A stretch of 64,000 nucleotides of DNA from Mustelus asterias (lineage: Eukaryota). The notes under the pieces were generated by a model, which saw only the letters and a list, made by a program, of their open reading frames with translations, had not been told where the DNA came from and searched no databases. Shown here in pieces: positions 12,030-24,589 of the stretch. Location of the stretch: contig NC_135805.1 in NCBI RefSeq assembly GCF_964213995.1, forward strand, positions 36,766,001-36,830,000. Direction: 5' to 3'. The translations under genes and the position numbers were made by a program. Each line of letters opens with the position of its first letter. The first letter of the stretch is position 1.

Positions 12030-12690
12030 TATTTGCACTACAGAAACTCATCAAGGCTCCTTTGACAGCACCTTAACCTGTGATCTCAACCAGCTAGAAG
12101 GACAAGGGCAGCAGGTGCATGGGGATCCACCACCCGCAAGTTCCCTCCCGCGACACACCATCCTTACTTGGGAGTGTGAATATATTTATTCACTGTTGCT
12201 GGATTGAAAACTGCGACAGCACCGGCCCCACACCACGTGGACAGGGATGGCAGGGTGGCACAGTGGCTGGCACTGCTGCCTCACAGTGCCAGGGACCCGG
12301 GCTCGATTTGAGCCTTGAGCGACTGTCTGTGTGGAGTTTGCACATTCTCCCCGTGTCTGCGTGGATTTCCTTCAGCTGCTCCGGTTTCCTCCCACACTCC
12401 AAAAATGTGCAGGTTAGGTGGATTGGCCATGGTAAATTGACCCTTTGTGTCTCAAGATGTTCGGGGGATTAGCAGGGTAAATGTTTGGGGTTACGGGGAT
12501 AGGGCTGCGGTTGGGCCTGGATAAGATGCTCTCTCGGAGAGTTGGTGCACACTCAATGGGCTGAATGGTCTCCTTTTACAGTGTAGGGATTTTGTTGTTC
12601 TATGATTGCAGCAGTTCAAGAGGGTTCACCATTAAATTAGCCATGGATAATAAAATACTGGTTTTGCCAGAAATATACAAATTGCATAAA
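12030..12690 (+). mobile_element. CR1/L2-group 3' fragment interrupted by an HE1 SINE (12245-12606)
   Basis: LINE sequence ..cacaccacgtggac resumes as tgcagcagttcaag after the SINE tail. Confidence 0.8.
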
Positions 12691-13535
12691 CAAATTTAAA
12701 AAATTGCATTTGCATCTCTTTCACCATGCAGAGAGTGCAGAAGTCCCAAAGATCATTAAGGTTTTCCTGCACTGCAGGCTTCCCCAATGCTATTGGTTGC
12801 ACTCACGTGGCACTGTATGATCCCAATCACCAGCCTGGCAATATTTCTCAACAGTTAGGGAGACCAATAGCTTATTTGTGACCACATGGCATTTGTGCCT
12901 GAACTCCGTTTCCTGGCACAATTCATGGTTTCATCATTCTACACTGCGTTGCAGTTATTACAACCAGGTCGCCAAGTCTGTTTAGTTACATGGGATAGCT
13001 CCTCTGGATGTTGCTCATGACTGCTACCAGGAACCCAGGCAGAGAGGCAGAACAAACCTCCAGTGAAAGCCATGCCTCATCAACAATATCATTAAGCATA
13101 AGTATTGGTGTTGTAAATCAATGATCCTGGGCCTGGACTATTTGGGCGAAGCTCTGCAGGAATAATTTTGCATAATATCCAGATTTGCCATTGAGTGCTG
13201 CATTACTTCATTGTTCTGGAGCTAATGCAGAAGCTCACATTCTCCGCCACTCCAAACAGAATTTGACCCATTTGATGCACAAGGGAGAACAGTATGGTAA
13301 GTAGATCCTAGTGCTAGCTCTGCTCCATGCCCACCCTTCCCAACTCCCAGAATCCTGGGGCATAACTTTTTGTTAATATTTCCTGAAGTAAATTACATTA
13401 AGGTTGCAAGAGTTATTTAGCTATATGTAAATAAATAGTACAAGTACACCATGAGTACAAGTTAAAGGAAACTTGTACTCAGTTGCCATTACCTGGGCAG
13501 CAAGAAGTGGAAGAAGAGGAGGAGCAGAAACAGCT

Positions 13536-13659
13536 GCCAGAATTTTACCTCCTCGCCCACCCGAGGCTAGTAAGATCCCACCCGAGGCCAATGGAGAATG
13601 CCGTTCCGCGAGCCTCGCCCGCCCCGATTCTGGGGCTCGCAAGGCGGTAAAAATCCAGC
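13536..13659. mobile_element. Short MITE (Harbinger-like)
   Basis: Imperfect TIRs gccagaattttacc / ggtaaaaatccagc; core cccgaggccaatggaga shared with 15618-15731. Confidence 0.6.
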
Positions 13660-13981
13660 AAGCATCACTCAAAAATGCCCCACCTTTAAGAGCAAACATA
13701 GAAGAGTTCAGCGCTTCCTCTGCACTGTAATTAATTGAATATCCATCGTCCTTAGTAATACCATCAGACTGCATCTCATCAGTCCAGCCTCATGACACTT
13801 ATCCCCAGCTCTGTAACAAACACCAAATTCAGGAAACAGAAACTTCACTGCAGCAGCTCAGATCTGAATAACATCAGAATAATAAAAAATGATCCTTGTG
13901 CCTGTCTTGTGTGTAGGATTACCTATCCTGGTGTTCTTACAAATTATCTCCTCAATGGTGGCCGTTGGGGAGGTGGAAAGT

Positions 13982-14536
13982 TAGAATCATCAAATTGTAC
14001 AGTGCAGAAAAGGCCCTTCGGCCCATCGAATCTGCATTGAAATGTTGAAACACCTGAACTCCCACCTAATCCCATTTACCAGCACTTAGCCTGTAGCCTT
14101 GAACGCTATGACGTGCCAAGTACAGGTCCAGGTACTTTTTAAAGGGTGTGAGGTAACCTGCCTCCCCCACTCTCCCAGGCAGCACATTCCAGATCGTCAC
14201 CACCATTTGGATAAAAACGCTTTTCCTCACATCACCCTTAAACCTCCTGCCCCTCACCTTGAACTCATGACTAACCCTTCAACTAAGGGGAACAGCTGCT
14301 CCTTATCCACTCTGTCCTTGTCTCTCATAATCATGTTTACCTCGATCACGTCACCCTTCAGTCTTCTCTGCTCCAATGATAACAACCCAAGCTTACGCAA
14401 CCTCTCTTCATAACTTAAATGTTCCACCCCAGGCAACATCCTGGTGAATCTCCTCTGCACCCTCTCCTGTGCAACCACATTCTTGCTATAATTGGTGACC
14501 AGATCTATACAGAGTACTCTAGCTGTGGCCTCATCA
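13982..14536 (-). mobile_element. CR1 (HER1-like) LINE 3' fragment
   Basis: ERVQRRFTRMLPG..SYEERL..LFPLVEG; tagaatc tail. Confidence 0.9.
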
Positions 14537-15617
14537 AAGTTGCTGAGCTGCCATCAAAGATATCACAAGTGGGCAGTTGTGAACAGTGCGGCCTCAAGCA
14601 CCTGGCCACACTTCAGGTCTGTCTGGTCTAGCTGTCACTGTGGCACTGGCAAGAGCACTGGGTGGCAGGAGAGTGGACATGATGTTATCCTGAGAGAGGA
14701 CATAGAATCATAGAATCCCTACAGTGCAGAAGGAGGCCATTTGGCCCATCAAGTCTGCACCGACTACAATCCAGGCGCTATTCCCACATGGTCCCTCTCC
14801 CTTTGACAATCCTCTTGGAATCTGCCTCAGTAGCTCCTACAGCTCTGCGTATGAAGGCCCTTGTCAATGCTGTTCCCCTGAGTCAATATGGCAATGGTCT
14901 TTCTTTCTGTGCCAGTCATATGAGCTGCCATGATAACGGTTGAAACTGACACCAGTGGCTCCATCATGTCTGTACTCATGGAGCTGGTCACTCACTCTTT
15001 GCTTGACAGAAGATCTGCCCTGACAAAGGCTGGAGCTGTGATCTCAGCCATTGTGCTGAATGGGTGCACCTAACGGATCCTTTCTGCTCACCAGCTTTCC
15101 TCATTAAGGTGGTCCTCGAATTCAGCAACCTCGTCCTCAAACAGAACTAGCTTGCAATCTCACCCCTGAGTGAACTGGTTCCTGTGGCAACTTATTCTCC
15201 CACCGAAGGCCATCTGAAGACTCCTCCTCTGACCCTCTCTAGTGTGGTACCAGACTCTGAGCTGATGTTTGATGTGGCCAGTTATCTTTCAGGGGAGCTG
15301 TCCTCTTTATGCTCTATGGTCACGGGGGAAATCAATGTTTTCAGGGCTGGAAATGACTGAGGAGGACAAAGAGCAGCTATTATTGTGAAGCGCAGAGAGA
15401 GATGAACGGAAACAACTGCAGTTTGGCATGCAGAGTGTATAGGACGAGGCAGAAATGAGAAGAGAAAAAGAAGTCAACGTGTGAAGTGAAACCACCTGAT
15501 ATTTCCTATGTTTCCACTCACAACAGCCCTGATTCTGCTCCTGTCCAGTTGGGTACAACACATTCTTCTGCTTAGGGTGTTATAGTACTTGGAGAAAGTA
15601 CGTGAAACTGAGACTGT

Positions 15618-15731
15618 GGGCGGGATTTTACGGCCTCACTTGGACGAGACCGGATATTTCCGCCCGAGGCCAATGGAGATTTCCGTTGTCACGCCGATTC
15701 TGTGGCGGGTGAGGTGGTAGCCATCCAGCCT
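15618..15731. mobile_element. Short MITE (Harbinger-like)
   Basis: gggcgggattttac start; same core as 13536 copy. Confidence 0.55.
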
Positions 15732-17171
15732 ACATGTGAACCTTGCATTGCTCTTTAACAATCTTCTGTTCCCACCTAACCACTTACCTCACCATCTCTC
15801 CAAGCCTCTCCTACCTATCCACTAATGATACCCAAGTCCTCCTCTTCCTGTAGTTTCAGCTTTGAGTGATGGTATTCATTCACTGCTTGTACTTCTCATT
15901 TATTTATTTGATTTTTATTGCCTTACACTGCAAATCACATCGGCACAGTATGAAAAACAAGAACAGCAACAACATCAGACAATACATATATAGAAATCAC
16001 ACTGTGTTCCAGACAAGTCTTCTAAAAGTCACTACATTTTCAACTTGGACAAGAAAACCAGGCAAAACATTCCAAGTATCAACAATTCTATGTGAAAAAA
16101 AATTGCAAATATCAAGAAGTGAACCGAATTTCTGTAGCTTACATTGATGACCAGACAAAATACCGTAATTGCGAGTAAAGAACTTTTCAGGCTCCTGTGA
16201 TGGTTATGGCTAATCCTTTCTTCCTGAAGGAGAGAGCAGGAATACACATGGCTTAGGCATTTGACCTAAATGAGTGCTTGCATCCCACGATGATGCTAAG
16301 TGAAGGTGCATTATCCCTTTAAGAGATATGCCCTTAAAAACTAGCAGAAACCCCCAGTAGCAGGTTGAATGATTGACTGGTTGTTAGTTAAGAAGTTGCT
16401 TGAGTGCTTCAAGGTTGCCCTTTGCATTAATGGATTTTCCAGACTCCCTGTTGCTGAACTAGAAAGAGAATAATTGCCAAGGAGGTGAGTGAAAGCACTA
16501 TGAGTCATCATGTAAAAATGGCCTCAGTGCCAGACTTATCAAGAATCTTGTGCAGTCGGTGATGCTGTGTGACAGTTCTCGAAGTGGTGGAGGTTGCAAT
16601 GATTGATCTGTCACCTCCTTCCATACAGCCAACAGTTTATCTTCCTGCCCTAAGCAGCCAATAGCTCAGGCCAGCAACATCTCCAAGGATGAATCAGTGG
16701 GAATCTTCACACTGTTGCTCTTTCACCTGATTGTGGTTTTTAAAGGTTATTTCACTCCCTGCCTGTACTGGTACTATACGGGCAGGAGTGTTTTTTCTAG
16801 CAATTCTAGCAGCAGATTCTCATTACACCCTTTTCTCCACTGAAAAGGAGGAGGATTATGCCCAGTATTAACCAGCAGTCAATCAATTAGCACTCAGTAT
16901 TGCAGAATTGTTACAGTGCAGAAGGAGGCCATTTGGCCCATTGTGTCTGTACCAGCTCTCCAAACAAGCATCATGGTTTAGTGCCATTCTCCTGCCATTT
17001 CTCCATACACATTCACTCAATGCCTCACACAGATTAAAGGGACATTTACCTGGGTTACTGTTTGTCTGGACCCTCAACCTAAGTTAGCATTTTCAGGAAA
17101 GAAAAATTAATATTTAGAAACAGGCACTGGCTTTGAAAAACGTGGTTTTATCATTTACTATTTGAATGATT

Positions 17172-17588
17172 TTATTGCAATTGTACAGGGTGTTGGTGAG
17201 GCCACATCTGGAGTATTGTGTGCCATTTTGTGTCCTTATCTGAGGAAGGATGTCCTTGCTGTAGAGGGAGTACACCAAAGGTTTACCAGGCTGATTCCTG
17301 GGATGGCAGGTCTGTCATATGAAGAGCGATTAAATCGATAAGAATTATATTCATTGGAGTTTAGAAGAGTGAGAGGGGATCTCATAGAAACTGATAAAAT
17401 TCTAACGGGATTAGACAGGATAGATTCGGAAAGAATGTTCCTGATGGCGGGGGAGTCCAGAACTAAGAGTCATAGTTTGAGGCTAAGGGATAAACCTTTC
17501 AGGACTGAGGTGAGGAGAAATTTCTTCACTCAGAGAGTGGTGAATCTGTGTAATTCATCACCACAGTAAGTAATTCAGGCCAAAACAT
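17172..17588 (+). mobile_element. CR1 LINE fragment
   Basis: LYRVLVRPHLEYC, EFRRVRGDLIE..RNFFTQRVVNL. Confidence 0.85.
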
Positions 17589-17589
17589 G

Positions 17590-17863
17590 CTCTTGGACAG
17601 AGCATCCCACCTAGGCTCTGTCCCTGTAACCCCACATATTTACCCCACTAATCCCCTAACCTACACATCTTGGGACACTAAGGGACAATCCACCGAACAT
17701 GCACATCTTTGGAGTGTGGGAGGAAACCAGAGCACCCAGAGGAGACCCATGCAGACACGGAGAGAATGTGCAAATGCCAAGCAGACAGTCACCCAAGGCT
17801 AGAATCGAACTGGGGTCCCTGGCACTGTGAGGCAGCAGTGTTAACTGTGACATCGTGCCGCCC
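17590..17863 (-). mobile_element. HE1 V-SINE
   Basis: Reverse complement of tRNA head plus V-domain. Confidence 0.8.
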
Positions 17864-18711
17864 ATGATGGAGCCCAACAGCTACTGGACCCTGGAAGAAA
17901 ATGTGCACCGTATGTTGGGTGGAACCTCATCCACATGGCTCCTCTGAGAAGTAGCTTTAGAAAGGTGGGAAGCCTCCAAACAGCAGCTCTGACTTCGTTG
18001 AGCCTTTTGACCTCCAGCGACTTTAGTTGGGGGATGGGATTCTCAAGCTGTGGAATGGAAGACAGCAGGAGGTACTGATAGATGGCGAAGGAGGTGGGGA
18101 GGGATGTCTAGGTCCAAAGGAAGGCAGCTTACCACAAACTTCCCAAGGGCTGTAAATGCTGGTCAAGTCAACAACACCCACATGCTGTAAATGAATTAAG
18201 TAAATAAAATAAAGGCTCTGAAAGGCCCTGCCACAGAGCATTTTTGCTGCAGATTCACTCATGAGTCGGCTGAGTGCAAAGCTGTAGAAGGACACTGAAA
18301 GAAAGCAGTAGGCATTAAGCAGTGAAAATGAATATATTTTGAATCATAGAATTCTAGAATCTCTACAGTGCACAAGAGGCCATTCAGCCCATCATTTTCA
18401 GGCATTTACGTTGTGACAATTATTGTGTTCACCAATGCAACCAGTTGTGATTCAAATTTATTGATTTTTCCAGACCTACTATTTATTCTAGGTTCTGCCC
18501 TGGCAGGAGTAGAGACAGCTGTATGATGTGCTTGCCCTGTTGCCTCTGGAGGCATGGAGGCCCCCGGCTTCCTTTGGCTACCCTCCTGTGGGCCAGTGAG
18601 GTGATTGTCGGTTTAAGGGCAACACATCAGGGTAAAGAATACCTGGCCTGTGTGAGCAATCGGAACTCAGAATGTGGAATCACCCCATGGTGAGAGAGAC
18701 TCCCAGAATCA

Positions 18712-19152
18712 TCATAGAATACCTGCAGTGCAGAAGGAGGCTATTTGACCCATTGAGTCTGCACCGACTCTCCGACAGTGTCTGAGCCAAGTACTCTCCC
18801 CCGCTCTATCCACGTAAATCAGTGCTTTAACCATGGCCAATCCACCTAACCTGCACATCTTGGGACACTAAGGGGCAATTTAGCATAGGAAATCAACTTA
18901 ACCTTTACATGTTTGTACTGTGGGAGGAAATCAGAGCACCCAGAGGAAACCCACACAAATACGGGGAGAACGTGCAAACTCCACACAGTCATAGAAACAT
19001 AGAAACATAGAAACCCTACAGTGCAGAAGGAGGCCATTCGGCCCATCGAGTCTGCACCGACCACAACCCCACCCAGGCCCCAAGGGTGGAATCGAACTTG
19101 GGTCTCTAGCACTGTGAGGCAGCAGTACTAACCACTGTGCCAACGTACCACC
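18712..19152 (-). mobile_element. HE1 V-SINE with a second HE1/HER1 tail nested at about 18990-19080
   Basis: (atagaaac)n tail interrupts the SINE at cacacagtca|..|cccaagg. Confidence 0.85.
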
Positions 19153-19374
19153 CAGAGAAATTTTGGGAGCTTTGGGTATGAGAAGATGTGGGTGCCCTCT
19201 CTCATCATTTGCCATTTTCTGTGGTTGTGATTGATCAGATCCTGTTCAAAACAACAGAAAAGGGGTTTGAGAAGATTTGCATGTTGCATATATTGCAAAG
19301 TTATAATTTGCTTCATTTTTTCATCACTTCCCCTTGTAAGACAGCCCACTTTTGTGTGGGACGGCTGACAGGTG

Positions 19375-19715
19375 GCCAGGAAGGTGGTGGGCTTGCTAAC
19401 CCTTGTATTTGTTCTTGATGGTGTCAAGCTTCTAAAGTGTCATTGGAGCTGTACTCATCCAGGCAAGTGGAGAGTATTCCATTACACTCCTGACTTGTGC
19501 CTTAAAGGTGGTGGACAGGCTTTGGGGAGTCAGGAGGTGAGTTACTCACGGCAGTATTCCCAGCCTTTGAGCTGCTCTTGTCGCCACAGTATTTAAATGG
19601 CTGTTCCAGTTCAATTTCTGGTCAATGGACTTCCAAAGTGTTGGTGTGGGATTCAACGATGGCAATGTCGTTGAATTTCAAGGGGAGTTGGATAGATTCT
19701 CTCCAGTTGGAGGTT
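19375..19715 (-). mobile_element. CR1/L2-group RT fragment
   Basis: actcatccaggcaagtggagagtattccattacactcctgacttgtgcctt = K.QVRSVMEYSPLAW on the minus strand. Confidence 0.7.
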
Positions 19716-20465
19716 GTAGCAAGAGCCAGAAGAAATAGCTCAGCCACTAACTATATCTAGCTAATAGCACTTGTCCCTCAAATTATTGAGTGCATTTTCA
19801 GTGGTGGGAGTTTAAGAGAGGTTGTAAGCTTGAAAGTGAAGGTCCAAAATGGCAACATACTCTTCCATTTAGCGTTGACGCCATGATCTACCTGCTCTTC
19901 ATGCTGTCGAGAAACAATAGGTTCATGTGGATTAACCCGTTTGCCTTTGAATCAGACAGGCCAGCTCCTTATTGGAGCCTTGAGGGACCCTGCAGAGACA
20001 TTGCTCCATAGTGAAAACCTGAACTTGTGTTGTGCATTCACTAATCAGTCTGATTAAGAATGTTTCCGTTGTGGCCTTTGAATCACCCAATTTATTTTGG
20101 ACATCACACGTTTGCATGTACTTTAATGTTTCAAACATCATTTTGATTCAAACATATTATAATAGAAGCCTTTATTTATAAAATTCTAATCGATCACAAG
20201 GCACTTGCAATTATTTTTTTTAAAAGAACTTGCATTTATGTGTTGTCAGTTACGACTGCAGGATATCTCAAAGCATTTTACAAGCAATAAAGTCATATCT
20301 GAAGTGTAGTCACTGTTGTAAGTGTTAGAAAATGTGGCAGCCAATGTGTGCACAGCAAAGTTCTATAATGCGCTGATGACCAGATGATCTGTTTTTTTGA
20401 TATGCTGATTGAAGGTTAAAGAGAGAAATTCCCTTTTCTTCTTCACAATACTGCCATGAAATCTA

Positions 20466-21664
20466 GGGGGTGATTCTTCCAAAAATATTCTAAGTGCCGA
20501 ACTCACATGAGAACTGGAATATCTCCCGCTGATTTTTTTTTGGCGTGATTTTCAAAATGTATCCCACACTCTGAGCATTGCAGAGTGCCCCAGCGTGATT
20601 CACTCAGAAAGGTAGTGGGCGAGGCTTATTCCCACTGGAGAGGTCAGCATAGCACTGAGCGGGCCACTGCACATGCAGTGATATGTCAGAGCAGAGATCG
20701 GCGCATGCACACTGGCCCCGCACTGCCGACCTCCAGATAGCCAGCAATCGAGCTGGCTAACCCCACGACCTCGCAACGTTGCCTCTCCAATCCCCAACCA
20801 GAGATTGCTGGCCTCCCAGATCTCGATGTGGAAATGCCGGCGTTGGACTGGGGTAAACACAGTAAGGAGTCTAACAACACCAGGTTAAAGTCCAACAGGT
20901 TTATTTGGTAGCAAATGCCACTCGCTTTCGGAGCGCTGCTCCTTCGTCAGATGGAGTGGAAATCTGCTCTCAGATCTCTCCAGACCAGGCCCAATGTCCC
21001 CTCCCCCACCACCCCCCACCCAGTTCCGATCTCCCAGACCCACCTTTCCACCCAGATGGCCAGCCCTGATCACTCCCTTCCCTCCCTCTGCCATGGATCC
21101 CTATGCCAAGTGGCGGATCCCTCCACCCCCACTGATTGCATGCTATAGGCCCCACTTCCCACTAGGCCCTGCCTCCTCTGGCCCTTACCCCTTGGCACTG
21201 CCTGATGCCCAGTAGGCAGTACCAAGGTTCCCCTTGGTCATTGCCAGTTTGCCCCTTGGGCAGTGCCAAGGGGCCAGGCTAGCAATGCTCAGGGGGCACC
21301 CCTCCTGACTTCCTGGGGGGGCCCGATGGCCTCTGTTTTCTCCAGCATGGTGGGCCGCCCATTCCCCAGTAAGGAGAGCTGTTGTAAACCCCGCTGGAGG
21401 GAACCACTCCTGGAGGGAGGGGAGAGGCTAGCAGGCCCAGAGACTTCAGTCCCAGACCTGTTAATGAAATGGCAATGGCAGTTTAAATATTTAAATCAGC
21501 TCTGCACCGATTTGCAGCATGGAGCTGATTACTCCAAAATCTTGGAGCCGGAGACATGTGGAGGCAGTGGTGCCCAGCGGGGAACCTGCTAAATGGCTTC
21601 CACTGATGTCTCCAGGCCTGTTGCACTGCCAGAGCAGTGCAGTGGGCTGGGAGAATCGCCCCCC
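20466..21664. mobile_element. GC-rich non-autonomous DNA transposon (PIF/Harbinger-like)
   Basis: TIRs gggggtgattct / agaatcgccccc; colinear with 61726-62835. Confidence 0.75.
20825..20970 (-). mobile_element. Penelope-like family A terminal insertion with mutated hammerhead
   Basis: CCAU-CUGACGA-A-GGAGC..GCUCC-GAAAGCGA-GUGG (U16.1 changed to G); TSD cagatctc. Confidence 0.85.
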
Positions 21665-21677
21665 TTTACATCCATCT

Positions 21678-22183
21678 CTACATCCGTCCTGGCATGGCAG
21701 CAAGGACAGTAGGTGTATGGGGATCCACCACCTGCAAGTTCCCTTCCACAGTGCACCATCCTGACATGGGAGTGTGAAAGTATTCCCGCACTGTTGCTGG
21801 ATTGAAACCTGCGACAGCACCGGCCCCACACCACATGGACAGGGACAGCATGGTGGCACAGTGGTTAGCACTGCTGCCTCACAGCGCCAGGGACCTGGAT
21901 TCAATCCCCGCCTCGGGTCACTGTCTGTGTGGAGTTTGCACATTCTCCCCGTGGCTGCGTGGGTTTTCTCCGAGTACTCTGGTTTCCTCCCACAGTCCAA
22001 AGATGCGCAAGTTAGGTGAATTGGCCAGGCTCAATTGCCGCTTGTCCCAAGATGCGTACATTAGGGGGATCAGCGGGGTAAATTTGTGGGGTTGCAGGGA
22101 TAGGGTCTGGCTGGGGTGCTCTGTCAGGGAGTTGATGGGCCAAATAGCCTCCTTCTGCACTGGAGGGATTGTATGATTCTATG
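21678..22183 (+). mobile_element. Composite unit: LINE-derived leader plus HE1 SINE
   Basis: 21695-21850 aligns with 12100-12250; HE1 body at 21842-22183. Confidence 0.8.
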
Positions 22184-22623
22184 CCCTGAGAGGCCAGGCA
22201 TTTTTGACTTAACATCTCATTTGAAAGATGTTCCCCGGCAATGGAGCACTCCCTTAGCACAGCACTGAAGTGTCAGCCGAGAAGTTGTGCTCAAGTCTCT
22301 GGAGCCCACAACCTTGTGACTCAGAGGTGAGAGTGCTAGCAACTGAGCCGTGGCTAATACATTTTTCACCCTGACATATTGAGCTTCCAGCCCAGCTCAT
22401 TTTAATCCGGTCGCTCTGACTGACAGCTTGTGTTTTTTTAAAGCATTTGCCAAGATTGCATTTGGAGAAACCGTATCACATCATATTTATTTACAACACT
22501 TCTCTTTTGCAGCACGGTCTTTAAAATGTAGTCATTATGAAGGAAAAAAGCAGACTTATAGTTATTAGCCTTGGTGCCTGCGCATGCTATCGATATTGCA
22601 GCCAGCAAATCACAAAGATCTCC

Positions 22624-22640
22624 TGCAGCAGAGGGCAGCA
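22624..22640 (+). promoter_or_regulatory. CTCF-like motif in repeat-free island
   Basis: tgcagcagagggcagca resembles the CTCF core CCASYAGRGGGCRS. Confidence 0.4.
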
Positions 22641-23256
22641 ACACCACATAAATAGTTCTATTGGCGAGCCCTAGGTGTCGGTCTTATGTGTTCACAAGAA
22701 AGCAGAGCAAATTAATTGTGCTCATTTGTTTTTGGAGCAAGTGTTTCACTGTCACCAACAGGGCTGGACTATAAATCACAGTACAATTGAACAGCCTATT
22801 TACTTTGTCTGGCAGGAGTAAGGTGTCCGTCATTCATGATGCAGACTTTCTGCAATAATGGGGCTCTGACACATTGCTCTTCTGCTCATCATTAAGTAGA
22901 TATTTGCACACTGTCAGACGGGCGAAAGCAAAAAGCCACTCCTGCTTTGACCGCTCAATTCAATGATAAATGGGCGTGAGCATGATCGATCTCATGTATT
23001 CAGCAGAGTGCTAGTTTACTGTGTGTGTATTAGGTACGAAGCAACAAAAATGGGATCATCACTCATGGGGAGGGGGGGAGGTATAATTACCCTGTTTACT
23101 TCAAGTTCATTTGCATTTGAGTCTAATTGGAATGTGGTGGGTGAGCTTCGAATCAATATCATCATCATAATCAGTGTCACTAGAAGCAGAGTTAAACAAT
23201 TCCACTTGCGGAGTTCGGTTTTATGGTCAGAAAATGAGATAAGAGACCGAATCATT

Positions 23257-24085
23257 GGGCGGGATTTTCTGCCCTGACCCGCGATGGGAGAAGTCGACCC
23301 CCACTGCGGGTTCCCCACATGGTCATGCCAATTGCCATTGACTTTGATGGTTAGCACTGCTGCCTCACAGTGCCAGGGACCCGGGTTCAATTCCTGCATG
23401 GGGCGGCACGGTAGCACAGGGGGCGGCACGGTAGCACAGTGGTTAGCACTGCTGCTTCACAGCTCCAGGGTCCCGGGTTCGATTCCTGGCTCGGGTCACT
23501 GTCTGTGTGGAGTTTGCACATTCTCCTCGTGTCTGCGTGGGTTTCCTCCGGGTGCTCTGGTTTCCTCCCACAGTCCAAAGATGTGCGGGTTAGGTTGATT
23601 GGCCAGGTTAAAAATTGCCCTTTAGAGTCCTGAGATGCGTAAGTTAAGAGGGATTAGCGGGTAAATATGTGGGGGGAGGGCCTGGGTGGGATTGTGGTCG
23701 GTGCAGACTCGATGGACCGAATGGCCTCTTTCTGCACTGTAGGGTTTCTATGATTTCTTAAATGATTTCTATGATTTCAGCCTGTCTGTGTGGGTTTTCT
23801 CTGGGTGCTCTGGTTTTCTCCCACTGTCCAAAGATGTGCAGGTTAAGTTGATTGGCCATGGAAATTGCCTCTTAGTGTCAGGGGGATTAGCAGGGTAAAT
23901 ATATGGGGTTGCAGGGATAGGGGCTGCGTGGGATTGTTGTTGGTGCAGGCTCAATGGGCTGAATGGCCTCCTTTTGCACTGCAGGGACTCTATGATTCAG
24001 CAGGCCTGGAAGATTCGCCAGCATCCAATGGTGAGCTGCCCCTGCAGCGGGAAAAACTGCCATGGGACAGCCGGAAAATCACGAC
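23257..24085 (+). mobile_element. MITE containing an HE1 that itself contains a young HE1 (23400-23775)
   Basis: TIR-like gggcgggattttc / gaaaatcacgac; outer HE1 at 23348-23396 plus 23782-23997; inner copy has a duplicated 20-bp head. Confidence 0.75.
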
Positions 24086-24087
24086 TA

Positions 24088-24587
24088 TAGAATCATAGAA
24101 TGGTTATGGCACAGAAGGAAGCCATTTGGCCCATAGTGTTTGTGCCAGCTCTCTGCAAGAACAGCTCAGATAGTTGCATTCCACTACATTTCCCCATATA
24201 TCCCGGAATTTTCTTCCTCTTCAGATTATTCTCCAATTTCCTTCTGAAAGTTCTCATTCAATCTCCTTCATTTCACTCTCAGGCAGCGTATTCCAAAGTG
24301 TAATCACGCACTGAAAAAAAATGTTCTCTCATGTCACCTCTGGGTCTTTTGCCATTCAATGTAAATCAATGACCTTTGGTTTTCAACCTTTCCATCAATT
24401 GGAGCAATTTCCCCCAGTCTCCTCTATCCAGATCCCTCAGGGTTTTGAATACCTCCACCAAATCTCTCACTTCTTCTCTTAGGAAAGGAACCCCAGTTTC
24501 TCCAATCCATTTATGTACCAGTCCGTCATCCCTTGAACCATTCTCCTAAATCTCTTCTGCACTCCCTCTAATGCCTTCACATCCATC
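24088..24587 (-). mobile_element. Old CR1 3' fragment (resumes at about 25965-26115)
   Basis: tagaatca tail, degraded RT C-terminal motifs. Confidence 0.7.
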
Positions 24588-24589
24588 TT

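Larger units (their letters stand above)
20225..22352 (-). mobile_element. DeuSINE (SacSINE1/AmnSINE1-related), split by nested insertions
   Basis: Tail and body at 20225-20465, head and Deu domain at 22184-22352 (gcactccctt..gtgtcagcc..gtgctcaagtctctggag..gactcagagg.gagagtgcta..actgagcc). Confidence 0.75.

Noticed and set aside
23420-23500. tRNA genes at HE1 and S2 SINE heads
   Set aside because: tRNA-derived SINE promoters running straight into SINE bodies
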